Of a DNA stretch of 64,000 nucleotides, positions 50,216 to 64,000 are shown one piece after another (position 1 is the first letter of the stretch; every line of letters starts with the position of its first letter). The stretch comes from Phoronis australis (Eukaryota; Animalia; Phoronida): contig NMRA01000809.1 in the NCBI GenBank assembly GCA_002633005.1, positions 15,645-79,644 of the forward strand, written 5' to 3'. Below the pieces are notes generated by a model, which saw only the letters and a program-made list of their open reading frames with translations, was not told the DNA's origin and searched no databases. The translations under genes and the position numbers were made by a program.

Positions 50216-50716
50216 GGCCCTTTCATATTGACTTAACTCCGGTCTGAGCAGAGCGTCGATGAAAACAGGGCAGTTAACTGGACCATTCATACTAGCTTCG
50301 GTAGTTAATGAACATCGAATTTTTAAAAACGGTTGGTGACGCTGTCATCATCGAAGTTATCGCAAGGTAGCGCTGCATGCTAAAATTTTTTTAATGTGAC
50401 AATTTGGGAACATTTACACGTGCTAAATGACATTAAACTTACCTTTAAATTGATTGGTTATTATTAGAGCAAAATATAAGTAGCTATTAGTGATGGCACT
50501 ACCCTGCAACTGTTGACGATAACAGTGGCATCTGGCGATAATTTCGAATGGACCGAAGTTAACCGTTCATACTGCACCGCAGCATCGACGCTGCGCTATT
50601 AAATCCTCCTGTTAACTGCGATGTTAACTGGAGATGTTAACTGCGATCCATGACCGAAGTTAAGCTTTCATACTGACCGCAACTCCCTAAACCATCGACG
50701 TTAGTATGAAAGGCCC
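50216..50716. mobile_element. MITE family A, copy 2
   Basis: TIRs ggccctttcata / tatgaaaggccc; opposite orientation to copy 1; extra internal gttaactg tandem at about 50611-50645. Confidence 0.8.
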
Positions 50717-53009
50717 TTTACAGATGCGAGTCCACTATTGAATACCAAAGCGACACACCAGTGCTCATTAAATCTGGAATCCGTAACACCCTCATCAGAC
50801 TTAACCACACTTATGTAAACTCAAAATATTCTGAGCTTTTGAAATTGCAATTTGCAGGCATAAAACCTGGATACTTTACCTTTAAAAGTTTCCCCGTGTT
50901 TCTTTCATAGCAGAAAAATGCTCAAGAATCATTCAACATAAATTTTAACTCTCCAAAATAACCGTACATCTGACCAATTAGCTCACTGATCTGACATCGA
51001 ATAGGAGAAGATGTAAACAATAAGCTATTCTACAAATGGCACTTCATATTATATCAATCATATCTATATACAATTAATAACTTGAGTTTATGAGTCATCA
51101 GATAACTATATCTCCCTTCAAGGCTACAAACTAACTGTAATCCAATCAAGGAAATCAATGCATTCTTGAACAGGTAGGTTAAGCTGCTGTTCCAACATGA
51201 CAATATTCTTTTAAAACGAACAAAACACAAGAGGACATGGAGGATGTTTGTGAGGTATCCCCTCCCATACAGGAAAATTCAGAACAAAACCACAGGTGGC
51301 CTTACCTGAGAGGCAAAAATGAGCTCCTTAGAAAATTCCAGAATACCTAGGACTTTGAGCTCCTTTTATTGACGATTGTTTTATACATAGATACCCCAGT
51401 TCCAAGTAGACCTAATTTACGGCAAAAATTCTCCAATCTGCGATAGCAAAACTTAATTATATTGCTTAAGGTTGGAGCTGGACCCAAATTCTAGAAATAA
51501 GCAACATTAGCTGTCCCAAAGAATTATCGGAAGACAGCAAAATAAAAGTCACTCAGTAGCTTGATAACTCATTATCCGAAATTTGCGAAACATGGTGAAC
51601 GCCAAAACTGCCCTTATCCCAAATTCCAGAAAATTCAAATTTTGCCAGTTTCTATGTCTCAAATTCTAGAGACTGTCCCAAATTGGAGAAATTTTACCGA
51701 AAACTTTGTTAAAATTAACTCCAATCAAACTACATGTGTTTGTGATACTCACATATCACTATCGCTGAGTCAATTTTTTAAAGAGTTGCAAAATCAATTG
51801 AAAATCAAATCGAAGAAAGTCGATGGTTAGACATTCAGTTGAAGGTAAACTTTCACCTTCTGTCCGAGAAGAAAACTTTTAATTTAGACCACGTCTTTTC
51901 AAAAATTGGTCGCAACTTATTCCTTACTCAAGATGAGAAGTGATTTTTGGGATTGCAAAGAGATGACATTGAGACCATGCTGAACCCACAAAAATGACAA
52001 GTCTATAACATGTAGAACCTGATGTCAAACACCAACAAATGGTCAGATCTTTTGAAACCCTGATATCATTTTCAATTTGACAATGGGACAATTTGATATC
52101 AGCTTATATCTTAAAATGTTCCAAATCTTAAAGATGCATAATCTCATTAAATTGTAAATATGCAAATGAAGTACTAATTTACAAATAACCCCAGGTCCTC
52201 CAGTGTGCCAAAAACCATCCGAAAACCAGTTACCATTACAATCTCGTGAAAGTCTCGTTTTGTGAGACCATTTTTATGTAAAGGAGTATGGTAATATTTC
52301 ATTGCTACTCTCATGAAACAATGCACAGTTTCACTATCAAACATCGACTGCCGAATATTTGGAATTACTAGGATTTTTTTATATGTTCACACTTGTTTTT
52401 AAGAGTATTAGTTGTAGTGCTTTCTTTAAAACCACAAATTTATTTACAAATTGTTTCTTGATTTAACTTGTACACGTAGTTCTCCAGGAAGTCACTAGGT
52501 GGTTTTAGAGATCTTGTTGTTAAGTGAAGTGATAACAGGGGACATCAGTAGACAGAGGAGCAGCTTTAGGATCTTGGAAGCTCTAAAAATTAAAACAGAG
52601 CATCCCTTAATAAATTCCCAAGACACTGGTCAGACTGGAATCCCTCAATTAATTTAGTGTCACCTGCTGTTCAGTAGATGTCTCTGTAGTCTTCTTTACT
52701 GGGTTTCACACTTGCTGTGAATGTATTGCTTGGCAAGTTGGCATCCCACTCAGTGTTACTTTTGTGTTGTTTTCCCACCTATGTCATCCTGGTGGACTTT
52801 GCTGCCTTTTCTAGCATTATAGTCACTCCTTAGATGACTAAGGAAGGTAGCAGTATACAGAGATGCGTGTGATCATTTTAAAAATTTGTCTCCTTTTGGT
52901 GTTGCATGTCTCATGTTCGAATTAGACACTGTGGGACTAGACGTGTTGCGAGGCAATACAAGAAGTTACTGCTGAAACTTAAAAGTACGGAAAATAATTT
53001 GGTTTTCAA

Positions 53010-54230
53010 TGAGAGTAATACCATCAGTATTGAAATCATGTCCAGTGGAGCACAGGTGGCTAAAAATACCTGAATCAGAAGCATCCCCGAAACTAGGATG
53101 ACGATGTTGTGACCTATACGCATTTTAATGGACTGTTTCATTTCACATATGTAACTGTCTGAGCACTGGGTATCCTTACACTGGACACCATAGACAACAC
53201 ATGATTTATTACACTTGGGGGTCTTGTCCTTGACATTAACCAGTTGGCTATGGAGAGAATTAAACTTAAACGGTTTCTGGATGATAGCAATGTCTAACTG
53301 TTTAAATGTCCTCTTGAGGCGGTCAGAAAGACCCTGGACGTAGGGAATCACCACACGAGTAGAAGAATTAAACTCACAGTAGTGGTTGTCTGAGTGTTTA
53401 CTTTTCTCCTCTCTGATCTTTCTGCTTTGGTGAATGAACAACGTGGATAATTGCATTTGGCAAGAGCATCTTTAGAGTAATTCAGCTCCTTAGAAATGGC
53501 CGAAGGATCACAAACGATATCAGCCCCGCGGCCCAAAGAGCGAATCACACCCAGCCCGCGTACAAGAGTACGGTTCGAGTCAAATTGCAAACAGTGATCA
53601 GCGTGAGCACCCCTGCGGACATTTAAACAGTTTGACATTTCTATCATCCACAAACCATTTAATTCTCTCCACAGCCAACTGGTTATATTACCGGTAATGT
53701 CAAGGACAAAGACCTCCAAGGGTAATAAATCATGTGTTGTCTATGGTGTTCAGTGTAATGGTCCCCAATGCTTAGACAGTAACATAAGTGAAACAAAACA
53801 GTCCATAAAAATGTGTATGTCACAACATCATTGTCCTGGTTACAGGGACACTTATGAGGGGGCTATTTTTAGCTACCTGTGTGCCACTGGACATGATTTC
53901 AATATTGATGATGTCATTATCCTAGACTGTGTGGAAGCCTTCAGAAGGGGTGTAAAGGAAGCTCTCCATGAGCGCACTGAATAATTCTTTAAATAAAAGA
54001 GGCGGTTTAAGATTCAATTTGTCACACGTATGGGATGGTGTTCTGACGTCAATGCCGCACCGTCTAGTCAAAACGCCACCAATTGGCCAGAATAACGATA
54101 ACGTCACAAGCCAAGCTGAAAAAAGTCCGTGAGATGCGGACGTAACGTTTTTATTCTAGTATTAGACTCAAACTTTATCTGTGCAGTACTAGGTTACTAA
54201 CCTCGGGTCAATCAATACAAGAAACACCTT
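53010..54230 (-). mobile_element. Degenerate Penelope-like retroelement with inverted duplication of the endonuclease region
   Basis: Minus strand: RT C-terminal-like RRGAHADHCLQFDS...LGVIRSL...ALAKCNYP, linker IPYVQGLSDRLKR, GIY-YIG-like VVYGVQC..C..SYICEMKQ. Plus-strand inverted copy at 53620-54050 continues to RGVKEAL..LNKRGGLRFNLSHVWD. Decayed hammerhead ctgaaaaaa-gtccg..cggac-gtaac at about 54116-54146. Frameshifts and stops present. Confidence 0.9.
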
Positions 54231-57200
54231 AATACTGTTATATGACACGATGCAGCCATGACATGGTCATGAAAGATTCACCTGTGGACAAAAAGAGGTG
54301 CGGAGCTGTTATTGTTTTGACTACTTGTGATTAGATGCGAAAATTAAATAGTGACATCAGACAGAAGTCTGTCAACTTGTAATTGGTTATCTAAGTTCAT
54401 TAGTGACGTCTAAGGTCTTCTGACTTGTGACTGGTCATTAGTGAGTCAGTCAGCGACGGTAGACAGAACTCTTCCGATTGGTTACTGTGCAGAGGCCAGG
54501 CAAGCTCTTTCCGATTCAAAATTGGTCCGGTAAACTAATTAGCGGTGTCAAACAGCTCTTCTGCCTTAATTACAAACGAGTTGTTCCCACTCGCAATTAG
54601 TCACGTAACAAGTTAGGGACGTCAGACTGGTAAATGATTACGTTCATTAGTTCATACGTCACACAAAACGGTAAACATCTTTCATGAAAAATAGAAAACA
54701 CCATCTCATTTTTCTATGAAAAGTGTGTATCACCTAATTAAGGTTATGTAAAACCTTAACGAGGAAAGTCGACTCAAAGTCTATTGCCAGAAAAACTAGT
54801 GAGTGTCAACCAGCAAAATTATATATTTTTTGAAAGACAAAGGATTATAAAAATATGTTCGATACTAACACATTCATAGCACAAAAACCTCGCAGTCGAT
54901 TTTAATGAAACCTTCTTTAAAAACAGGGACCATGCATATCCTTAATATTTTTCTATGTTCAAGCTCTGTAACCATAGAGCTCTACCAATAGACAATATTT
55001 CAAAAAATTGAGGACATTCACAATGTTAGAAGACCTTGAAAAATGAAATTTTGGTGGCATTTGCCAAACTAACATTTGAACACATGCTATTTTCGTACAA
55101 ATGTAACAAAACTGTGAAATTTTCTGGGTTTTGAGAAGTGATGGTGGACAATGCTCCCTCAGACCCAACATGACAGCTCCTAAACAACACATTTGCTAAA
55201 CAATAGATTTGCCAACTGACATCACAAACAGACAACTTTGATAGTGGATACGTGTTAGTAGTGACTAGTGGAAACTGCAATCTGGATTAAATTCCACTTT
55301 CAAGTTTTAAACCCAGTGTAATAGCCGAAGAGAGGCAAGCATTCATCAAAACCATTCTGTCTTCAGCTTAGTCACAAACTGGCTAAGACACTACCACTAT
55401 TTCTTGTAGCAAAAACTGTCACTCTCTGGACAGTTACAAGAGTCACTTTTGCAGGCTCTTTGCCAGTGGTTTGAGTTATGTACCCCAAAACTGTTGGTGT
55501 CTTCACTAATACTTTTGTAGCCTGACTCCGCTTACCTTTAATTATTGTTGCATTAACCAATTTATGACACAAAGTGAAGTGTTTTGACATTAATTTTCAT
55601 TTAAAAGCCACTCGATTTGGGTGGTTAGGAAACGGAACTAACTGTTGACGAAAATGACCTACCGGTATTCTAGGACAGCTAAATGTCTGCCTGGCTAAAA
55701 CGCAAGTGTTTTTGCTAGCATTTTAGTCGGTCACCTGCAAGTGTTTTCGCCACTCGTGAGCCTAGTACGTGTCTGATGTTGGCAGCTTGTCCGATTATCA
55801 GTGCTATGAGGTGATGATAAAAGTGGACAGTTCATTTGGGATGTGGTTTGATCCAACTACATGTGTTATGAACTTGCACTTTTGTAAGGCTTTTGTAAGC
55901 TTGGGCCTCTATGCCCCTAAATTTAGACAACAATGACGCAGAAAAGAAATTTAAGTGAAGGAAGCACGTTCCTCTGCGACTACACTACTGAATGGGCGTT
56001 TAGTGAATGGTCGGTTTTCTCACGCATATGCCATTTTTTAAACAAGAGTGTAATTATACGAGCAAAAAAATTATCTCCTCCTTCAATCCAAAGAGCCTAT
56101 TTCCAAACATGGCTATGACTTGCTCTAAAAACTGAGTGTTCGTTTATTCATTTTGGGAGCTAAAATTCTCCCGAGACAGCCATTCACAAAAACAATGACT
56201 GTACAAACTGGGTGTTAGCACAAAACTGGGTAGGCATTAAACTGAATATGGCAGTTAACCCTGACAAGAAGGGTACTTGTTTTGTTCAAGTGACCAAGAT
56301 CCCATGCTTTCAGACACAAAATGATATTTTCTTGAGTGGATCTAATATGGTAAGAATGCTTGGGAACCTGAGGATTTTCAGAGCATAGTTAGGTGGGACA
56401 AACAGATTGTAATTCAGGGAGGTACAAACTGGTGACTGGTAAACCTCTAACACTCGCAATGGGTTAACCACACCATCATGTATTTTTACAAACGATCCCA
56501 CGACATTTTTGGGTTTTATAGCTGGACATCTGCTCTTTACAAATAATTCCAGACATAACATTTTTTCAATTCAGGTGTCCGTTTTTTTTTCATTTTCGAA
56601 TGTTGGCGACGATTGGGTCGTCCATGAAGGCCTTGTTTTGGTGAGGCCACTTCCCGTTCCGCGACCTGGGAATTATGACAGGAAATTACTTCCTGAATGA
56701 CCCATAAATTCATCATTTGGATTTTTAAAAACTATTTTTCTTACGCGGTGTTGTATTGCTGCCGAGACGCTGAAGAGAAATGACACTTATCTCGGCTCAT
56801 CGTGCGCCACTGACAGACGTATCAGAAAAATCAGGCAGTACGAGTGAAAATATGGACGAATGTGCACGAAATGTGAATAAGACACTTCAAAACAAATCGC
56901 CAAATTCCTACAAAGAGGATTAACACCCGATTGACGGCATCTTGAGGAATGCATGGCGATTAATCCACTATCAAAAAAGCAATGTGTACAGTCAACCACA
57001 AGCAGTTTATACCTATTGTGGTGTAGCAAGAGGGCATTTTGTATTTAGTTATTATACTTTAATCAAAGTTATGATAATAGTAACTCTACTAAACTTTGCC
57101 ATTTTTGACATCAAAGTGGCATCATGAATGTGCAATTTACTAAGTTAAAGTAGATTTTACAATGAGGAGTTGTCACTTGTTAATTACACTTCACAAACTT

Positions 57201-59645
57201 ACACATATAGTGAGTGAAGAAAATCAGATAAAATCCCATCTGACAGTTTATGTAAACAATTGCAATAAAAACAACAACAGATACATGAGAGCACATCCAT
57301 TCACAAGATCTATTTATTTTAGCAGCCACTGGAGAGGTCCCAGGAAACCATGAATGATTGAATATCACATCACACTATCCAATGAACCCAGTTCATGCCA
57401 TGTACTGTACGCAAACCTTCAAGGTTAAGTACTGGCATAGACTGGATTCCACAATACCATTCCACACCAAAGTGCTCAGACAGAGATCGCCTACAACGCT
57501 TAAGTCCTTAAACCACGGACAACCAATATGGTAAAGCCAGTGTGGTAACTTAAAAACTGACACGCTACATTTTACCGTCTTATCAATTCCATGCAGGCGA
57601 ATGGACAGGACATTGCTCTCACCAGATGACGAGCATTGCATGCTTGAATTCAGGAAACTGCCTGGGAATACTTGTCAAGGCAATGTGCCAATAGCTTTTG
57701 CTGTGCTGAAGATTTTTGTCTATTCAGCAAGATTTTTGTTAAGTATTTCTGTCACGTGACCTTGGGTAGCTAAATTGTAGCACAACAGCAGTGTTAATAT
57801 GGTACAACTGTAGCTTACAAAGTATTTCCATCCATGGCGTTGACCTAAAACTTTAAGAGAGAATTATTGACCAGACAGACATGAAGGTTTAAACAAGGTC
57901 TCATGAGTTTTGAGCATGTCTGTGAACTCTGTAATAAAGTGAAAGATACCCTAGTGGATGATAATGCATTTTTATTCAGCAGACTAGTACCAGCTTTTGT
58001 TTTTGCCTAGTTAAAGCATATCACTTGTTACTGCTGAATCTTCACAAAATGGTAAAACATTCCAAGAAAAGTCATATTAGATAATATCTAATAGACCAAG
58101 ATGCTTAAAGGTTACGCAGGGCACTTGAAAAATGGCCAAATTTTCACATTTCGGAACATCATATCTCAGAAATGACTCATCTTCAGATATCGTGCTTTAT
58201 ACACTGTTCTACAAAAAGCAGTTAGGAATTGTTTTTAAAATTTTCCACTTTTGCATGATATCAAAAAATAGGACTTGTGTAATTTTTATGACAAAACTCA
58301 AGTTGCAAGAAAATAAAAACAAAATGAAAATTTAGAAAACTAACTTTTGAGATTTCACCTTGAAGAATATTATCAAACAAAATTTAGTCAAATATTATTA
58401 TTGATTGTGTTGCTTTGTAATGGATGAACCATTCTTTTTTGCTAAATTCTACTAAAAAACATGGACACGTGACCCAATTAGGAGCAGATTAGTATAGAGT
58501 CGGAAATCAACTTCAAGCTATACTTCAAGAAAATACTTTACAGAAGTAAAATCTATATTTTGGTATTTGGCTAAACACACTGACAAGTCGATTTAAAGGT
58601 CCTACACTACCTTAAAAGATTGAGCTTTTATAATCTGTTGTTCATCAGCCAGTTACTTTTCCTTTTGACATGAATGCCTTTATATTGTAGAGCACAAAAT
58701 TACAAAACTTGATTCTACATTCAAGCTAAAATTCTTAAGATAAAATGCCAGGTGATGACCTCACTAGGTTTGCAGGTTAACACATACACAGACCTGGGTA
58801 GTGTTGTGTAGACACAACAATCTTGCTAGGGAATAAGCAAGTTAGTGTGACCATGTGCTTCCACTTGAAATACATTGGCGAAATCTCGAAAAGTCTTGCG
58901 CATTCTATGAGGGGGAACACTCCACATTTTTGACGCAGCTGGAAAATTCGGATATACTCGAATATACCGGGTAGGTAGGCACCACACAGTTTGTTCAAAT
59001 ATACAGGAGTGCCTGTAGTAAAAGTGTCAACAAAACCCCTAACTTGGTTGCAGACAGAAACCAGAAAGTGTGTCAGCTGGTAATGAGGAAGTACACTATT
59101 TCCAGGTAACCTGAAACACCTGAGGTGAACTCTATCACATTTAATTTCAGTCACACAAAGAGACATTTTACCTGATTAGGAACAAAGCTCTTAGTCAGAC
59201 CTTGAGAGGACAACTTGTTCTAAGAATTTCTTTGTGTGGGTAATAAAACCCCAAGCACACAATGCAGTAAATTATGAAATTACATTTTTGTGGTTAAGTT
59301 AACTGCAGTTGATGAGGAGCAGCTGCTTCTTGTATTCATTTACATATAAGAAAGGTCATTAGAACTCTTAAAATCAAGGCTGTTCTTATGACCACGACCT
59401 TCCTACAAGAACAGACCACCATCAAGCGTATCAAGATTATTGTACAATCCTACCAATTTTGCTCACAATACTGTAGATGAGTGAAATTTTTTTTTTCATA
59501 AAAAAGAAGCACCAAACAAATGCATTATCATTTTATACCAAACATCACACAATGGTTACCTTTGGAAATTATTGTCGTCTGAACTTGATGCGATTTTACC
59601 CCACTTATAGGCCACAGTAAATTGTGAACAAGATTAGTCTATGCA

Positions 59646-59909
59646 GTATAAGATGGTCACTTACTTAGAGATGTGGTAAGTTGTTTGCAGACATTTTCCA
59701 CCTGGTGCGCCAGGTCTTTGTCAATGAATGAGGGATTTTCCCGAGTTTCACTGGTTGAGAATGCTTGAATACATGGGAGGTAAGTGGAGGCCTTGGTCCC
59801 GATTCAAGAGGGACCAGGTCGAAACGTCTGCAAATAACCTACCACGTCTCTAAGTAAGTGACCATCTTATACTACAATGCCTCTTGAGACCAATGACGAA
59901 CCTTTTCTC
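59646..59909 (-). mobile_element. Second copy of the 2681-3099 Penelope-like family
   Basis: Same sequence and tail, shorter inverted arm, direct repeat caagattagtctatgca at 59629-59645 and 59910-59926. Confidence 0.85.
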
Positions 59910-60159
59910 CAAGATTAGTCTATGCACAGATAATAATTGTTTTTCTTAATATCTTTGTGTTTACATGGTTCCATGTTTAGCATAAAATCATCTCGCCAAA
60001 GGTGACCTAGAAAAATTCACAGGTTGCCAAAGGGTGAATAAGCTCGGCAAAATAAGGAAACCCCGTATGCGCCGGTGTGATAGCCCTGGTCATATTTATA
60101 AGAAAGGGTTTGACGTGACACATACGTACCTATGAACAGGTTACACTAATGCAACTTGT

Positions 60160-60230
60160 CCACACACGCACGCACGCACACACACACTCACACACACAAT
60201 CACACACACACACACACTCACACACACACA
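60160..60230. repeat. (CA)n microsatellite, interrupted
   Basis: Directly visible; a shorter one lies at 62686-62716. Confidence 0.95.
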
Positions 60231-60576
60231 GTGTCACATCCAATAACTAGCGCAAGGCAGAAGTTGTTGCTTTGGGCACGACAACGAGCAGCTGGCACGA
60301 ATATGGCACACAAAAGAAGACCCGTCTCGTCATCGACTGTATGTAACTGCAGTTGATAACGATTTCCGCCTTGCCCCAGGTTTGCGACCACACAGCGATT
60401 AGAAGTGGTGCAAGTTACCCAAGAACAAGTGAGCTACACTGCCTCGATATGGTGCAGTAAGTTGTCACAAGTGGGGCAAGTAATGCACTACTATAAATAG
60501 CATAAACAGCCCCAAAACCTAGCTACATTACTCGTTCCAGGAGAAACTTATTCAAGGGTAAGACTATGTGTGGACG

Positions 60577-60630
60577 GCACTATAGTTAGCAATATTCGGA
60601 AATGAATAGGCACTATAGTTAGCAATATTC
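60577..60630. repeat. Short direct repeat
   Basis: ggcactatagttagcaatattc occurs twice, 32 bp apart. Confidence 0.85.
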
Positions 60631-63600
60631 TGAGGTGAAGAAATGAGGCATCTGAATTGGAAAAGCTGGACATCTGAAACTAACATTAAATAGAAGATAA
60701 GTAGTCCTGCACTTTTCTTTTCCTTTCTCTCCCTTCGTGTGTCCCTAAGGATGGGCATGAGCTATCTTACTACATCTCTTATGGCGCTTTTTATTGCCCA
60801 TCTTACCAGAGATTACCTATTATACGTTATTTACCTATATTCATTAAATTGTAATTGTATTAGTATAATAAATGACCTTATATCGCCTACCTCGGACTCC
60901 TTTTCATCTCTGGTAACGAGCTTGCGATGCACGTATCATTTATCTTTATTCGGGACATATGACGATCATAAATAGAAGAATTGTAAAGGAAAGGTATTTT
61001 ACCTGGGAAGTCACCAGAAATTTCAAAACGAATTACAGACGAATTCTTGTTTGTCTGACTTTTGACTTTGTAACGACTTGCCAGTGCCAAAATCCGGCAA
61101 CTTCGTGGCAACTCGGGATTTTTACCAGGTCGCGAAACAAAATCTGAGGTCACATTGGCAGGCTGTTGGTTGCCAAATTGAGTACTGGTTTATCTATATG
61201 GTACGAAAATATCTTCCTGAGCTTCAGTCCGTACGTAACGTATTTTCAAGTGAGGTCAGTCCTTTGGTTTACTGGCAGGTCAATGTTAAAAATGCAGTGC
61301 TTGACGTTCAACAGGTAACGAACCCCACGTAAAAGCACTGAACAGAAAGGCCCATTAAAATTGATAGCAACAGCAATCAAAAACCCACAAAAAATGAAGA
61401 TATGAACCAAAAGTTAGTTATAGCAACTGCAAAGGAAAGTTCACAAAAGGTATATAATGCACAAGAGACAAAAGAAACACAGGTTATAAAAATCTCATCT
61501 CTGAAACTATTCCTAAATAAAGCATTATCAATCTCCAATACCATGGGACACCCCCACTGCCAATTGAGTTTAACAAGGATTAAGTAGGATTTGCTTCACA
61601 GGAAGAACAAGTGATTAGTGAACCGCAAACTTTTAATTAATCAATGTTGCAGGGTTCATTCAGCCACATCTATTAATAGAAGAACTACAAACACACTATG
61701 AATGAATGTCTTGTCACTGGTCTACAGATCACTCTGCACATATTGCTGGCACTTTTCAGTCCAAAGACATGACACCTCTTATTCATGGTTCATCCCACAG
61801 GCAGCATCAGAGAGCCATAGACTATTGTTAGACTGTACTCAGCTTATCTGGGCAGGGAAATTGGTTTGCGCTAAAATGAATATCACAGCAAACTTCCCAA
61901 TCGCGCACAAAAATGACCAAAATCAAAAAGGTCACAAATGTGAGGTACGGTTCAGCATCACTTTTCTCCATCAGTTAAAAAAATTACAAAAAGGATCTCC
62001 GATTTCAAAACTGAAAGTTGTGCCGTTAAACAGGTCAGCAGGATACGGAACTCTTTACAGGTGACCGCACGCGCACATCAACCATGTGCACGAATCTTGT
62101 CCTTGTCTTAGTAAAGTGTAGCGCTTTCGTCAGTTTTTTATATATACCAGGGTGGCGTTATAGATAGACTCGTATAGATCATTGTTGTGAATGACCACAA
62201 TTTCTCAAAACATTGTATGGTGGTAGCTATGGTATAGAAGTATTTATGACAATCCTCCTTGTTTGGTGCCACTTTGTTTATGAAAAAAATAAAATGTTGT
62301 GTCCTTGCATATACTACTGGTATTTTCCGTAGATAAGCCCATGGACGTGTATTTGGATTTGGAAAATGAATATTCAGACATTTTCCGAAATGGGGTCGTG
62401 TAAATGGAAAGTCATAGTTTTCCTGACTTTGACATTTTTTACTTAAAAGTGTGTTTTTAAATTTTATGATAGTAAATGCATAGTTTGCCAGCACTTTGCT
62501 CGTTTATGCAAATGATAAATGCTCCACAAAACTGAATTTGCCCCATTATCTGGACACTTGACACCAGAAGTTGTAAGACCAATTAAACGCCCATGGGCAT
62601 TTCATGGGGTGGGCTTATCTACAGAAAGCCCTTGGTATAAGTGAGATTTTATGATAGTGTTCATATGCAAGAGATGAATTGCTGGCACGCACGCACGCAC
62701 ACACACACACCCACACAAGAATTTACCAACAGCCCCACTCACCTACTCCCCCTGTTGAGGGCTTTGGATTTGCATACGTATTTGGCTAAATGCCTGCGTC
62801 CAGATTTTCACTATACCTTAGTTCAGTTCAGCTTGAATTAACTCTCCCATGTCAATTTCCTCAATAAATCTCATGAGAATAGACATGAACAAGTATTATA
62901 TATATGAACCAATTTTATATATACGAACAAGTATTACATACATGAAACCTTCGTAAGTTGTCTAACAAGGTATGAGATGCCGTCAGAAAATGGGACGATT
63001 TTTGCTCTGCTCCTCTATGATCTTGATGACATCATCAGAGCGCCTTTCCCATACTATGGATACAGAGGGTGCTCATGCACATTCAAAATTTAGTTCTAGC
63101 TTTTCGTGCAAGACACTTACACCATAAATAAAATGCAGCTGCCAACTCTTTAAGTGGTATATCAATGAAGAATTTTGTAACACAAACATGAATATTGCCC
63201 AACAGTAAACAAACCCCTATTATACAACCATGTACATTCTGGTCAAACAGGAAATTTCCTCATTACATAATGATCCTTACACAGGCAACAGTACTGAGTT
63301 CAATCCTTCACCTATTGCAGTGTTCATTAACCTACCTGCCACTATCACCACAGGATTTGAACCCACAAACAGGAATAGGAATGCACTGTCACATCAAATT
63401 TTCAAAAATTTTTGCAAGTCTTGGATTTTTTTCAATTCAGTTAAAACCATGAGGGCAATTTAGGACCTGAACTATGTGTTTGGATCAATCGGTGTACGTG
63501 CTCAGACAACAGATGCACCCTTTGTTTGCTCCAGAGTAATTGGGAAGGATTAAGATTGACCAAGTTCATACAGCATAATTATTGTTATTAGTTTTTAATT

Positions 63601-64000
63601 TTGGTATTTAATTTTATTTGGCTGTGTCCAAAACGTCAAAATAACGTGACAATGAACAAGCGAAATAGCACGCAATATGTCAAACAATTGAAATTTGATT
63701 TTGTCAGATTTCTAAACAAAATGCGTCGGCATTGTTTTCTTCCAACATTCAGCCTAAACACAAATCATGAAATGGGATGATTAAATCTAACAAATTGGCC
63801 TCTATTTTTCCTAGACACCATAGCAAATAAATTTCTAATTATTGTAGATTATGTGTTCACAACCAGAGTTAGATATCTCGGTCTTCTTTCGATCTGAATT
63901 TAAGTTCGATCATGAAACTGAAAAATTAATGCGGATGGCTTCTGGAATAAGCTGAATCACCCCATCATCCTGGTAGGGATATTCAAATTGGGAACGGATA

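Noticed and set aside
52911-53984. Intact GIY-YIG endonuclease genes
   Set aside because: Frameshifts, stops and a mutated YIG motif show a decayed retroelement.

Overview
Repeat-rich, AT-rich eukaryotic (most likely invertebrate animal) genomic DNA from a gapped draft assembly; most ORF-track entries are spurious. Two convergent intron-containing genes were reconstructed by hand from splice sites and reading-frame phase. The first is anamorsin/CIAPIN1 on + (coding 3957-10408; middle exon(s) apparently lost in the N-gap at 6810-7266). The second is a plasma-membrane-clade Na+/H+ exchanger (SLC9A1-5/NHE3-like) on - (coding 47493-15707; first exon not confidently found). Its cytoplasmic tail has a His-rich segment and several candidate frame-preserving microexons. 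The introns hold Helentron-associated (DINE-1/HINE-like) elements, several MITE families, tRNA-derived SINE heads and five Penelope-type insertions with an inverted-repeat, tail and (in four) target-site-duplication layout plus hammerhead-like motifs. The most unusual object is a 352-bp element at 23868-24219: a tRNA-derived Pol III head between two inverted minimal hammerhead ribozymes, with a 13-bp TSD. It is a candidate Penelope-mobilised, ribozyme-bearing SINE. A long hairpin at 18892-19041 with strand-biased G-U pairing is also notable. Two single-N-joined duplications look like haplotype-overlap artefacts.
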